From the NCBI GenBank assembly GCA_021432655.1, contig MU271385.1, positions 1-64,000 on the forward strand: a stretch of 64,000 nucleotides of DNA. Direction: 5' to 3'. Shown here one piece after another: positions 12,900 through 25,910 of this stretch. Numbering within the stretch: position 1 is the first letter of the stretch; each line of letters begins with the position of its first letter. A model generated the notes under the pieces. It was not told where the DNA came from, searched no databases, and saw only the letters and a program-made list of their open reading frames with translations. Origin of the DNA: Atractiella rhizophila. Its lineage: Eukaryota. A program made the translations under genes and the position numbers.

Positions 12900-14809
12900 T
12901 GATGAAAGAAGATACTGATGGGGCGATCAGATCAAAAAGTTCAGTAAAGGACGTCAAAGAACTCTCTCACAGCACAAGGTCCTGGTTTCGGGATTGCAAC
13001 ACACAAGGTTCCACGTCCTGAGATTACATTGCTTATTCGAATACACATACCTTGAAAACAAAATTTCTGCAGTCATCCCTGATGAAGGTGTCTCAAGGAC
13101 GTGTCAAACCATCATGTATCATGTCAGATCTGAGCGGAGAGAGGAGAATATGATTAACGGTCGCCATTCAGTAATTCAACTAACTTGTTGAAAAACACGA
13201 AGTTGATGGATTGGAGATTTCAGCCTGTAAAAATTGTTCGCAGCAAACTCTATCTGTTAGCGGGTTTACCGAGATAATGGTACAGGAGAACCTAACAACC
13301 GACACAACGGAGACAAGCCAAGTGTTGTGGAACGTGCAACTGGCTTTGCCTGAGCCTTGGATTCCGAAATGTAAATACGGTATTCGATATTCTGACAACC
13401 TACAACATGGGTGACTTGGAGAATGTTCAAATTGGAAGCTCCTAAAAATCGCCTTTTCCACCATTTACGGAGGAGATTTATGTTCGTGCTGTCGGAACTG
13501 GCGATTTCTTGAAATGAGTCGTTGCAACACGTTCGGATACAGCGCAACACCCCATCATTCATTTGAAGTTCCTTGATCCGCGGAATCATCGGCAAAAGAA
13601 TTTCCGCTATTATGCGCTGGAGGCGAAGAAGGTGTGTCGAGAGCATTCTCATGCCAAATAAATGTCGCTGGAACCCGACTATGAATGGCACGACAAGCGC
13701 ATATCACAGAGGCGTTGGATGAGTCGGGAGATTGATCAAGAATGGAGAGATGGATGACAGTCTTTGCGTTATCCCTCAATTTTGAACCTTGATCTTGACG
13801 TTGTTGGCTGCCTCTTTCCTGGCTATGTAGCTCCCTCTTACTCCTCACGTTCTTTCGTCGGACGCGACCTGCTGCAGCTCATCCTGAGCTAGGCTTATAA
13901 CCGGCGCTTCTTGATGATCTGCAGGTGAAATCAAAACTAATCTTCTCAAGTTCTCAATATCAAGCTAGGACAGCAATAATAGGGTTCAAAGAAGCTCGCC
14001 GAGCCATCCTAATGCCCTCTTTCTGTCACTGCGTGTGAACTCCCTCACGGCACTGTTCTCAAAGCTCTGCATTCGTCGCTCCAGCTCGGCCAAATCCAAG
14101 CGGGCCGTGCATGAGGGGCGTTGGATATTAGGTGCAATCCCAAAGTACTTGATTCCAACTTGTTCAACTATAGAGCTTGTTGCTAACTCATTGATCACTT
14201 GGGCAAGAGGCGAGATGCAAATGTCGAGAGCCTGAAGATCACACAGGGTTGACAAATTGAACGCACAGGCTAAGCTATAAGCCTTCCAAAGCTCAAACGC
14301 TTCGTTTCTTTTTGAGACGGATCAAGAAGTCAAACTTCAACATCCAATCTCCTCAGCGTCCGTAGATGAGCGCAGGAGTCCTGAACTTTTAGAAACACTG
14401 ACAGTGCCAATGAATAAGGGCTCGACTGCGAGACCAAGGTTGTGGATGTGGTGGATTGGGAACAACAGTGCTTATTTTAAGGTTAGCAGTGAATCCCACC
14501 GCAGGGGCCGAAAATGTTCCGTGCAGCTTCTCAAGCCAGAAAAGAACGACCACCTACTCTCTTTCATTCTCACCTTTTACCCCCCAACGCCCTCTCTTCC
14601 TATTTAGCTGAAAGCAGGCTCGAACGTAGCGCTTCGAGGTCAGTTCCATTGACTCGCCCGGAGAAACGTGATTTGAAGGTTTTTTATTCGGATTTGGGGT
14701 CGGGTGGGTTTGAGCAGGTGGCATTTGGAGAACGCTGGCTACTAGGTGTCTGCCGCCCATTTACAGAAGGAAGTCGAGGTCTACGAGCGAGCAGGAGAGG
14801 AAGAGAAAG

Positions 14810-17800
14810 ATGAGCTCGCCAAAAGGAAAGGAGGAGGAGAGGGAGAACGTGCCGAGAACCGTTCATGGAGCTCTGAATACCGATAAGGGTGATAGCCCTA
14901 AGTGTGAGTATCCTTCATTTTGCAAGGCTAGCGATGAGGGAGCAGTTATCTTGGTTCTTGAAACCTCATTGGAGCGTTTTTGACGTCAAATCAACCTGAT
15001 TTTGTGCAACTTCGCAAGGCGGAGAGAAGGCAAACCGCCGCCCATTTTGTTGTTACTCACCGTTTACGCTCCTGCTTGCTATTGAAGGTGATACGTGGGC
15101 CGGCCCACCCGGAGTCTTTTTGGTGGAACTCTTTATTGCTCTCTGTGTTCTAGATGAGCAATATGCGTTACCCTCGTTCTGCTTACAACCACTCATTCAT
15201 TACATTATTTGCTACACCATCCATCTTCCTATCGTGTTATCGCTCGCCTCAAGTTTAGCAGTCCTCACATGTTGCACTTGTTTCATGCTAACTCTGCGTT
15301 TTCTCCTGACAGCGACGGCGACCCTCAAGTCCCCGCACGTGTCCACGGCGGACACACCCCGACCAGGCTCTTCCCGCTCTTCCTCAATTTCGACCGCAGG
15401 GCTTCAAGAAACACCTATGACTGCCTCTTCTAATTCGAGCGGAGCCTCTTTCTTCGCCCGCATCTTCTCGCCCTTTCAACACCGCTACTCTGGTTCAGAT
15501 CGTCCAAACATGGCAAGATCGCTTTCCTCTCCCCTCGTCGCTCGAGGGAGGAGGGCTACGGCGGGCGATGTGGCGGAACTTGTCCGAAGTGAGACCACAG
15601 GAGAAGAGGGGGACACGCCGAAGGGAAGGAAAGAGAGGATGAAGAAGCGGTCTTCGTCTGCACTCAAGAAGCTTATTCATTCCGATAATCCGCCGCCGTT
15701 ACCTGTCGCTTCGGATGCGTCGATAGTCAACTTGATGGGTGGAGCCGATGAGCAGGAAGGAGAGAAGTTGGAGACTGCAGAGAGCTCGAAGAAATCGATG
15801 AAGAGCTTTGGGAACAGAAGTCGGACGTCACTTCCAAGTGTGTCCATTACCCCCTCTTCTCCAACCTTCGATGCCACAGAAGGAAAGGAGGAGAAGGAGA
15901 GAGGGACGTTCTCTTCCATCCTGATCCCCTTGCGTCCGGCTTATATGCGCTCTCAAACTGAAGGAGTCGTTCCCACGCTAAAGAGCACGCAGCAGGTGGA
16001 GGAAGAGAATATATCGGCAGAGTCTCCTGGAAGGAGGAATCGTCCATTGTCATTCCATGGGACGAAATCAAAGCCGTTGCATGAAGAACCTGCTGTAGGA
16101 AACCACGATTCGGAGGCGAGGCAGAACAGAATTATAGGGTCGAGGGAGATAGACCGCAACCAGACTATCACTGCGAGCACATCGGCGAGAACCTTACTTT
16201 TGAAGAAGAAGAAACAGACGCCAATTCCCATTATCGCCAATCGCGCAAGTCGGAGTAGCATCGGGATAGCCATCGATGAGGGTCTCTCAAGCCCGACACA
16301 CACAATTCGCCCCGATGATGGGGTATCAGTGCGGAGTTTGGAAGGGCTGGTGAGCGCTTCTATGGGAGGAGCATTTGGGAGGGACACAACATTGGACGGG
16401 GAGGAAAAGGATCTCAACGCCTTCTTGACATACGTTATGCAGACGATCTTCTTTGAGCTCGTGCCGAAGGAACTCACTCTGCCACTCCGCTTCGACGATA
16501 ATCGAGCAAGCACCTTATTCCCCCATCCGAGTATGCGAGATTCCAGCGATGACCTGTACCAACAAACGGAGGAACCGCTCACCAACGAAATTGACGTAGG
16601 ACCGAACAGTTCGCAATCGTTAAAGGACCGACAAATGTCTAATTCCTCTTCCACTCGGCCTTCGGCACTCACATCCCCCTTGTCGTACGAACTCCTCTCC
16701 GCCTCCTCTCTCAACCTTCCAACTACATCTGTTGCCGGCATGTGGCGCTTGACTTGTTGCCAGAATTGGCTTCATAACCAAACCTACAATGGCACGCCAG
16801 AGTTGCAAGAACAGGACGTTTTTGACTTGGGTACCGTGATTCAGAGTGTAGCCGACGTCGCGAACGTTCTAGCTGAAGGGAAAGGGGTCGAGATTGTGCT
16901 TTATCATGGGAGACGGATTCATCGCCCTGGCACAGCAGATAGTGGGGGAAGTGGTCCTGGGGAAGAAGCAGAGGATGGGATTGACGACGTCATCGGCCAG
17001 GTCATCGTGAAGGGTGACGAGAAAGGATTCAGCCTTGTTCTCCTTAACACCCTCAAACAGATCCTAGCCATTGCAGAGCCAGGATGTGCTATCGAGATTG
17101 GACTTAAAGTTTCACACGTTCTCGCAGGCGTGATCACGTCTCCTAACCCACCCCCTCGCTCTCTTCGACCTATGGAGACGGCTGCTTCTCCTACGTCTTC
17201 TTCCTTTAGCTCATCAACCGCAACCATCCGTTGTATCGTTGATTTTTACCTCGTACCTCCCTTCGGTTCTCGGACGCACCAAACTCCAGACACTCCTTTC
17301 GTTCCTCCCATTGACTTTAGTTCTGGGCTAATGGGTGTGATGTTGAAGTATTTGGGATTGAGTGTCAACGCATATCGCGATGCGGACAGACTACAATGGA
17401 GGCTAACAGGCAAGATTGCGAGAGGAGGCAGTTCAGTAAAGGAAGAAGGAGCGGAGGAGATGAAGGAGGCTGGGCTAGAAGAAGGCAAGGAACCGACCAT
17501 TCTCGAACTGATCGCTTTCGCAAACTCAACTATCAGAGGAAGGAGAGTCATCGTCCATGCAAGCGAGTTATCCGACTTTGCGAAGCACCTCACGACGTAT
17601 CTTGCTAGTTGGGGAACTGATATTACGTTTGTACCCATCGTTTCGAAGTCGACGGGGACGCCCGGAGTTGACGTAGATAATCCTCCAAACAGCGCCAGTT
17701 CTGGCAAAGCGAGCTTGCAGCCTGGTTCAGAACCTGTCACACCTATCCTCTCTCGTCCTGCCCCTAACGAGCCTAAACAGGCTGCGGAGAAGGATGCTGC

Positions 17801-20240
17801 CTTCATCATCATAGATGACGACACCGAGACTCTGACCCAGCAAATACAGCTCTTGAAGAATATGCATCTCCAGCTTCGGATGCAAAATAACACTCTGGCG
17901 AATAAGCGGACTTCGGCATTAGCCGGACAGACTGGCAGGAAGAAGGAGAAAGCACCTGCTCCCATCAGCGAGCCCAAGACTATGCCAGCTATCGTTTACT
18001 TCACGAGCTTAGGTCAATATCGCAGGATCAAGGAAATAATCCAAACCATTCTGGCCACTTCCAATGCTCTTTTCCCCCTCCCTCAGGTTATCGTCGTCCC
18101 AAAACCTGTAGGACCTCGGCGTCTTCTCACCGCTTTTCACACTGCTGTCAAGCGACCGAAAGTCGATCCCTACCTTGCTCCCATCGCTACGTCTCCTTCC
18201 AGCCCTGGCGGCCACTACTTCTCCAGTGGCGGCGCAAAACTCAGTCCTGCAACTCAAGGAACGGATTTCGACACTGCCGCTGGAGCAGCTTTACAAACTC
18301 AAGGCCTGACGCCTCCAACAGGTGGACTCCGAACTCCAGGTGGGACACTCATCGCAACAGGCAAACCTCATTCCCCACTTTCACAAGACCAACTGGAATA
18401 CTTTAGTCGTACTACCTCAGATAATTCACCAAGCGAAGGTCTCGTAATACACAGTCCTGATGGACGAGCCGCCGGTCTTTTCTTCCAACCAGCAGGGTCA
18501 TCGCAACCTATGGAACGAACCGCTGACGGCGCCAGAGGAGATGCACAGGCTACTACGCCTTTATTACTCGGTTTGGCATCCCCAGCGATTAGCCTGCCAA
18601 GTCAGATAGGACTTGGTTCCCATCAGAGAGGTTCTGGTTCTAGTTCTCGTGAGTTGAACGGGAGTCCGCATTCTGATCCTACTACCTCTCCTCGAGCCCA
18701 GCGATTGGAGTCCTACGCAATTGGGGCGACTCTCGTTCCCTCACCTCATGAACTTCCTCCTCCATTTGGGACCGTCGATTCCCCACTTGCTAATTTGCCA
18801 GTCCGGGTGTTGTCTGCTCCACCGGGTCTTCTAGAAGTAGAATCCACTTCGACTAGTCCTCCTTCGCCTCCCAAAGGCATGCATCATACGCAGAGTTATT
18901 CACCATCGCGCTCTCGAGGGGAAACACTTCCTGTTCCCGCAGAGCATGTGGTATCTTCGCCCCCAATGCAGCCCCCACCTGCAACCCCCAAGTTGTCGAA
19001 GCGGAGAGGTAGCAATGCAGCCGCAGCGGCTAAAGGCTCGAAGAAAAATCTGAGGAAAAATTCGGCCCTTGTTCCTCCTATCAATGTGCTCATAGTTGAA
19101 GGTGAGACTCCGTTGTGGCACAGCTTCTTAACCTTGCTCACGTGAATGCAGATAATCCCATCAATCAAAACATCTTGAGCACTTTCATGAAGAGGAAAGG
19201 TATTAAGTACGGTGTCGCCAATAATGGGGAAGAAGCTGTGGAGAAGTGGCGAAAAGGCGGTTTTGACTTGGTTTTGGTTCGTCCTGGCTTGACTGCGCTG
19301 TTGGAGCCTCTGATCATTTTTCACACAATAGATGGATATCCAACTGCCAGTCAAAGACGGCATCGAGGCTACCAAAGAGATTCGCCAGATGGAAAGAGCC
19401 AGCGGTATCGGAACCTATCCCAGCACCCCTCCAAGCGACGGCAACACGTCCGCGACCCCTTCTACTGGCTCATCTTCCCTCGCATCCTCCCCCTTTCGCC
19501 TTCCGGTCATCATCGTCGCTCTTACAGCATCCTCTCTGCAATCTGACAAGGTTGCAGCCCTCGCCGCTGGATGTAATGATTTCATCACCAAACCCGTCTC
19601 CTTCCAATGGCTGAATCAAAAGCTCATGGAATGGGGAAGTATGGCTTATCTATCAAATTTCTCCCAGAAACGCGGCGACCAGTCGAGGTCGCAGTCACCA
19701 GGGTCGTCGACTGTCGATGTCTCTACGGTTAGGACGTTCGACGAGCACGCGAGAGATGTAGCCAACAATCTTCGGATCGTGCACCATCCGCACAATAATG
19801 TTGTCGATCGGGAAGGATCCCAGCCCCCTATCCCGCCAGTCCCTCCAATTCCACCCGCCTTGATTGCTGCTGGAGACGTGGAGACACCTACACCATCGTC
19901 TAGCGACGTTAAAACCCCCACTCCTGCTTCTAAGGCACCTTCTATCCAACTTCAATCCCCGACCCCAACATTGCCAGCCACATCTGCCCCAATCTCACAG
20001 ATTCTAATGTCTGAGGTCGATGCCAACGGTGTCGCTAGCCCCGTCCGTCCCGGTCCTAGCCCCCTTCCAGGCGAAATAGCAGATCGCTCCCTGGAAGAAG
20101 TGGTGCAAGAAGGCCAGCGGCTGTTGGATGCTAGCAAGTCACGGAGCCAGTCCGATTCCCTAGCACAGGTGATCGAAAATTCAGGTGTCGTGGACAGTGC
20201 GACCGTCCCTCATTCGCATGAAACTGGCGCAGACGAATGA
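14810..20240 (+). CDS. SSK1: Two-component response regulator Ssk1
   Basis: C-terminal receiver VPPINVLIVE|DNPINQ..KWRKGGFDLVL|MDIQLPVKDGIEATKEIR..VIIVALTASSLQSDKVAALAAGCNDFITKPV..EWG. The first exon (14810-14903) splices in frame across intron 14904-15312. Confidence 0.93.
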
Positions 20241-20615
20241 ATGTAAAGGAAGATCAGTGTATTTTGGGTATCGAGTTGTTTCTGTAGCCCTTTGTTTCGG
20301 TCGATTCGTTTGAAAGGTAAAATGTTATATTAGATCTCTCTCATTTAAATTTTTCATTCGATAACTATAATCGGTCATTTCTTCTAAGCTCTTCAGTGGT
20401 ATCGTTTCTCTTTGTCCCAATCCGCACCAAAACACATTCTATTCATCAATTTTCCTTTCCATCTTTTGCGCCTGTTTCACGAGGCTGCTGCATTGTACTT
20501 TATGCAATCCTATACCTCACTAGCTTGCATCTCCATCTCTGAAAAACGACCGTGACGTGAGCTGACAAATGGCCCGCATTGTTTGTATTTGTAGGAAGTG
20601 CACGAAAGCGGTTAT

Positions 20616-22545
20616 CTACACTCTCTCGTCTTCCGCATCGACAACTTCTTCGCTAATCTTTCTAGCAGATTGTTTTGAAGAGAACGCGAGAGGCTTGATG
20701 AGCTGGACAGCCGATCTGCGTGCATTCTGTTGAAGTACCGCGCTATTTGGTTTGGATGTCAGCTCGACAAGCCAATCATGTGTGGGATCACTCACTCCAT
20801 GATGACAAGTGCAGCCATAGCTTCTACAATTGGGACGGCTCTGATGTCTTCGTCAAGATCAGGAGATGCAGGGGGAAGAGACAGACCTTGGGACGACGCA
20901 GGGGTCGTGTCTACCCCGAGCTGTGAGGACCCCTGGGGTTCCATCATAGCTCGCGGTAGATTGGGATTGGCTAATAGTTGCCGGAGGCTTGAAACCGACC
21001 CTTTGCAGAAGGGTTAAACAAGTTGAAAGAGGGAGGAAAAGACTACCGGAAGTAGATATCCTCGCCGTTACTTATACCGCCCTGGACACCACCGCTCCTA
21101 TTGGACTCCGTCCCCAGCCTCCCCTCCTTCTGGATGAAGAGGTCATTATGTCTACTTCCTCGCATTTCTGTTCCTCTAAAGCCACTTCCGATCTCGAAAC
21201 CTTTTGTAGCCGGAATCGACAGCATAGCATGTGCGAGTTTCGCCTCGAGTTTGTCAAAGCATGGTTCTCCCAGACCAGTCGGCATATTACGAATGACGCA
21301 CATCACAGACCCTCCTATCGAATCGGACAGGCTTTTGTGGTGCAATATCACCTTGCGCACCTGATCTGCAGTCGCTGGATGTGGACAGCGTACCTCTGTC
21401 GAGTCGACTTGCGGACGAGTGACTGTGGAGAGGAGATGGAGAAACTCGGGTGACAGGTCTTCATCGCTTTCGAGATCGACATCGATTCCTTCGGTTCCAT
21501 TTGCTGCTGAGGAAGAGGAAGGGTAATGAGAAAACATTGGGATCTTCACCTTCCCGACTGAGCTGACGAAAGCTACAATCTCGATGCCGTAAGCATCCTT
21601 GAGGTACTTTTCCGCGATGGCACCAGCAGCAACTCTCCCTTCATAACCCGTCAACCGTCAGCTATGAAGTTCTACAGCAAAGATGAAGGACAAACCAATC
21701 GTCTCTCTGGCACTACTACGCCCTCCACCGCTCTTACTCTTCAACCCGTACTTCTGCATATACGTGAAATCGGCATGAGAGGGTCTTGGGAACTCATCCG
21801 TCTCCGTATAATCCTTTGGCGGTGGTCTTGGTTCTTAACCAGTAAACCTATTGGCGTTCCAAGCGTTACATCGTTTTCGGTCCCCGATTGGAGCTCAACG
21901 AGATCCGCCTCGTTGCGCTTTGTTCGACATAAATAAGGTCAGAGGTTCAGAAAGCGAAAGGACGACTCGCTGGTGTGGTAAGGTCGGACTGACCAGGCCG
22001 TCTGCGAGTAAGCTGCGCTTGGATGTCGGAGGCCGAGAGGGAAAGGCCCTATAATGGCGTTCAATCAGTCAGCATCTGCACAACATGATCCGTAGGCGTA
22101 GATATAGTGAGTTGTACAGCCCATATGCGCACTCAGAACCATCTGGCAGGTACCAACGCCTCCTGTAGACTTATGTTCCTTGCGCTGCAAGCTAATGGTT
22201 CATTTTTACAATCGTCGAGATGCTCAGAGTAAGTTCACTCAAAACGGAGAATCTATGGTGCAAGAACATGATGGACAACATGCCTGCCGATTTCAAGCTG
22301 AACGACGATCAAACTGAAGCCTGTTTGGAGACATTCAGGGGCTCTTTCTTGCTGACAGGAAAAGATGCATCCGCAGACAGTTCTCAACCGTGGAATGAAT
22401 ATTGTAGATTCTCTTTCGTCTTAATCCCTTTGAAAAAGGTAGAAAAGATGCTCACAGGAGGACAACCATCGACTATGCATCCTACGCTCTTGCAATGGCT
22501 CTCCCCATAAGTCGTCACTCTGAACAAAGTACCAAACGTGCTCAT
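20616..22545 (-). CDS. ARO2: Chorismate synthase
   Basis: [82 protein letters not shown] and [17 protein letters not shown]. Confidence 0.97.
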
Positions 22546-22720
22546 ACTCTCTTTTCGACACTTTTAGGCTTCTTGGGTAGGTTTTGGTGGTTTTGACACG
22601 GATCGATGAGTCGACGTATTGATCGAAGTAGAAGTTCCCTTCCCGTTCAGAAGTCAGAAACGACGAACGCAGCCTTTCACGAACCTTCCCTTGAGTGCCA
22701 AACGCGTCTTGACTTCTACA

Positions 22721-23182
22721 ATGTCTTCTCCAGCTTCTGAAGGCACGCCCCTCATCTCATTAGTAAATTACGACAATCTGACATGACATGGCGCAGATAT
22801 CGACATGGACGACCCAGCCCCAGCCAGCGCTTCCTCAAAGTCCCGTGGCACAAAATCCATCCCTACTACGTCAACATCCACCTCTTGGTTTTCACGCAGC
22901 GGAAACCAGAAGAAGAACTTGACATCTGCACCTGGAGGCATGGGCATGGGTGGTGGTGGAAGGAACTTTAGGGAAATGAGGGGGAACAGTATGGGGATGA
23001 GAATGGGAGATCGGGATAGGGGAATGTCACTTGGGGATAGGGAAGAGGCTAAGCTCGTGGATCAGGACTTCAAAGGAAAAGGTTCGTCCTCTTGTTTATT
23101 CGTTCAGAAGGGGGCTTGATGCAACTCAACTCAAGACTTTGGAGATCCGTTCAGCGAGCCGGAGATGAAGAAGGCTACGTGA
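22721..23182 (+). CDS. Small low-complexity hypothetical protein, divergent from ARO2
   Basis: ORF 22805..23119 with a plausible intron to DFGDPFSEPEMKKAT*. The start is either 22721 (needs a GC-AG intron) or 22805. Confidence 0.5.
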
Positions 23183-23492
23183 TGAACCTTGTAACTGTAC
23201 GATGTAACGAGAATGTGGTCTGATTGTGCTTTGTATGCTCCGTCATCATCATGTCGCCATGTGTAGCCGCTTTTCTCTTCCTTCTTCCCCCATGCACCTC
23301 TCTATTTTTATGGAACAATGGCATGCCCTTCAAGGTGGTTGGGTTAAACACCCTGCTATACGCTACAACGGAGCGAGACACGCTTTCGTTGATAACTGAC
23401 TCTAATTTTTCTAAAGATAACTTGTTCTTTCTCTAAGCAAGCTATTGCTGCTTTTATTCCAAAGTTGCAAATATTTTATGGCTCCGTACTCT

Positions 23493-25441
23493 TCATTTCT
23501 CAAATATAGTGTCAATAAAGGTTGAAGGGTACCACTCGGTATCGTAAGCCCTTCCTCCAGCCTCTGCATGAATCGTGAAATGGTCGAACACGGACTCTCC
23601 CGTATCGAACTCAATGTTCCACGACCAGAAATTATATCCAAGAGCAGGCGTGATGGAGGTGTTGAGAATCATTTCGTACTCTCTTATCATCGGGGTTTGT
23701 TGACCAGATAACCTATATGTCTGAAGCGTCACTTTGTCAGGTGTGATGGAGTCGTGAACCTTCCTCACATCCTCAGGGTCAGCAACTTGCTGGATAGGAC
23801 AGAAGGAAAGAAACAAACCGCGAGAACTGCCATTTTGCCAAGGTCGTCCAAACTCCTGAACCTCTCAAAGAAAAACACATCTTGATCTCCTTCAAAGTGA
23901 TAGCCGCAACCATTGTTGTCAGCTGCAATTGTTTCTCCATCCTCTTCAATGGTAAACCAAATGTTTGAAACTCCTCCCGTCGCATCGATTGGCGCTTCAA
24001 AGAAGTAGCGGATAGCAGTGTGGCCTAATTTCGGCAGCGTTACGCTGTCCACCGTCTTGTTGCTCACAGCGACGGATGAACAAGATGCATCTTCGCATCT
24101 GCCGGCCCTATCATTCCAGTGAATGCGCACGGTTTTTGGCCGTGTGGTATAATCCAAGACGCGGAGCTCTGTTTTCAGGACGATCGTTCCCTCGCCGACC
24201 TCAAAGAGCACAGTTCCAACCTTGAACTTTTGGAGCGGGATGGGATCGGACAGAGTGACGGAGGAGGGGACCGTGTTGATCATCCGCTCGAAAAGGCGAG
24301 CGCAGGTCTGAGAAAATACGGATGGATCCGTCATCGAGGTTAGAGTGGCGTTTCCGTCTGAAGAGAAGATACGGAAGTCGCTCCTGACAGTGTCATTGGT
24401 ATTTACTACGAGTGCGTTCTATCTCCGGTGTGATTAGAGAGAATGAAGAGTTTGTGAACCATAAGACCTGCCTTTGTGGTTCCGTCCAGGTATTGGGTCA
24501 CTACTCCCGTATCAAGGATGGTGCGACTGGTGTCGAAGTCAGCAAGGACAGTAACCGGAGTGATCTGTGGGAAATCTCTGCTCAGAACTGAACCAGCGCT
24601 GTGTCCGCTGTCCACCAAAAAGCTTTGAATCTCCATAGTTCTCACGTAAACAGCAACTAACCAAGCCACAAGCTGTATCATTTCGGTCGCATTGAAGCCT
24701 TGTTGTGCAAACATATCTGTATGCATTTCAAGACTTTGATGCGGCTCAGGAACACCAGAGCGACCAGCGGTATAGTTGTCCATTCGCCCCATCCGGTACG
24801 GGATATATTCGCCTCCACAAGCAGAACTGGTCAGGACAACGCCCAGCGCGATCAAATCGGACACTATTCTTTCTCTCAACCTCACGCTAGGCAGGCAAGA
24901 GGGGGAAAGTGCACGAACTTGATATGTATGGGCTTGCGACGGTTTTAAAATCTTCCAAGGCTGATCCTTGATTTTCTCCCTTGTTCTAGGAAACCTGTCA
25001 TCAATATTACCTTGGTATTTCGTTGAAGTACCTCTGCTCGTGCAAGTTCAAAAGCGATGGAGTAGTCGAGACCTCCTGTTCCGTCTCGTATGTCATGGGT
25101 GGCCATGTCGTGATAAGCCTAAGGCTATTAGTTCTGCACTCGAGCTGTTAGAGATTAGCAGGCGACGCACAATTCGAATCCATTGAGCACCCTTTGCAAT
25201 CGTCATGAGAACCTTCCTTGCTGGAATAGGCAGAACGTACAACAGGAGTTGTGCGATTCAGCCTGCATTGGTTCTTTACCAAGGCAGAAAGGTCATGAGC
25301 ATCTGCGTTCTTTCCTTCGTAGAGAAGTTGCTCAAGCAAATCCACGCGTGGATTTGGCCATTCTGAGCAGCTCTGAGCTGATATCTCTTGGAAGAATGAG
25401 ATAAAAAGAAGGAGAAAAGGAAGGGCAAACATTGTGACCAT
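23493..25441 (-). CDS. Secreted fungal heme peroxidase (peroxidase-catalase superfamily) with C-terminal extension
   Basis: Signal peptide, WPNPRVDLLEQLLYE, distal AQWIRI|AYHDMATHD..GTGGLD, IPYRMGRMD..GVPEP, proximal EMIQLVA(C)GHS, SDFRIFSSDGNAT and CARLFERMINTVP. Confidence 0.9.
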
Positions 25442-25910
25442 GAAATCCGACTACACGAAACGAACGAAAGTTTCACCCAGCGAGCGCATCACTTTACTTA
25501 TTACTGCAACAGGACTCAAACGACGAGTTATTGCGCATGCATGGTCTCTGACCCATCCCTCTCTCTTGGTTTCTTGGTGGGGCGATCATCTGTGCTTTGA
25601 TGTGTCAACTCCAGTCAAGGTGGCACCGGTCAGCCATGAATCAGGCTGAACAGCCTTCTATATCGATACTTTGCTCCTCAACCACGGAAAGGAGTATGAA
25701 CCTCAGGTTAAGATAACCTGGTAACCAGGTAGAGTCTTAAATCTTAAACCTGAGGACCTGAACTTTAACTGTAATATTAATTGGACCATTTATTGTTCAC
25801 TCCTCTGTGTTATATATACTAATACACTGACAGTAGAAATTGAATTTCAACAAGTTGCTACTGGGACTCGACTAATCGCACTACTCTAATGGAGAAAAGA
25901 GAAAGTAAGA

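Noticed and set aside
13180..14400. Fragmentary minus-strand ORFs including GIQGSGKA
   Set aside because: Not a valid Walker A (no S/T after K), and no consistent gene model. It may be decayed coding sequence, but I cannot support a call.
15120..15312. Hydrophobic N-terminus of the 1341-aa ORF, suggesting a membrane anchor on Ssk1
   Set aside because: It is read-through of intron 14904-15312; the real first exon appears to be 14810-14903.
22606..22613. ATGAGTCG, a Gcn4-like site about 60 nt upstream of ARO2
   Set aside because: Imperfect single match; cannot be supported without conservation data.
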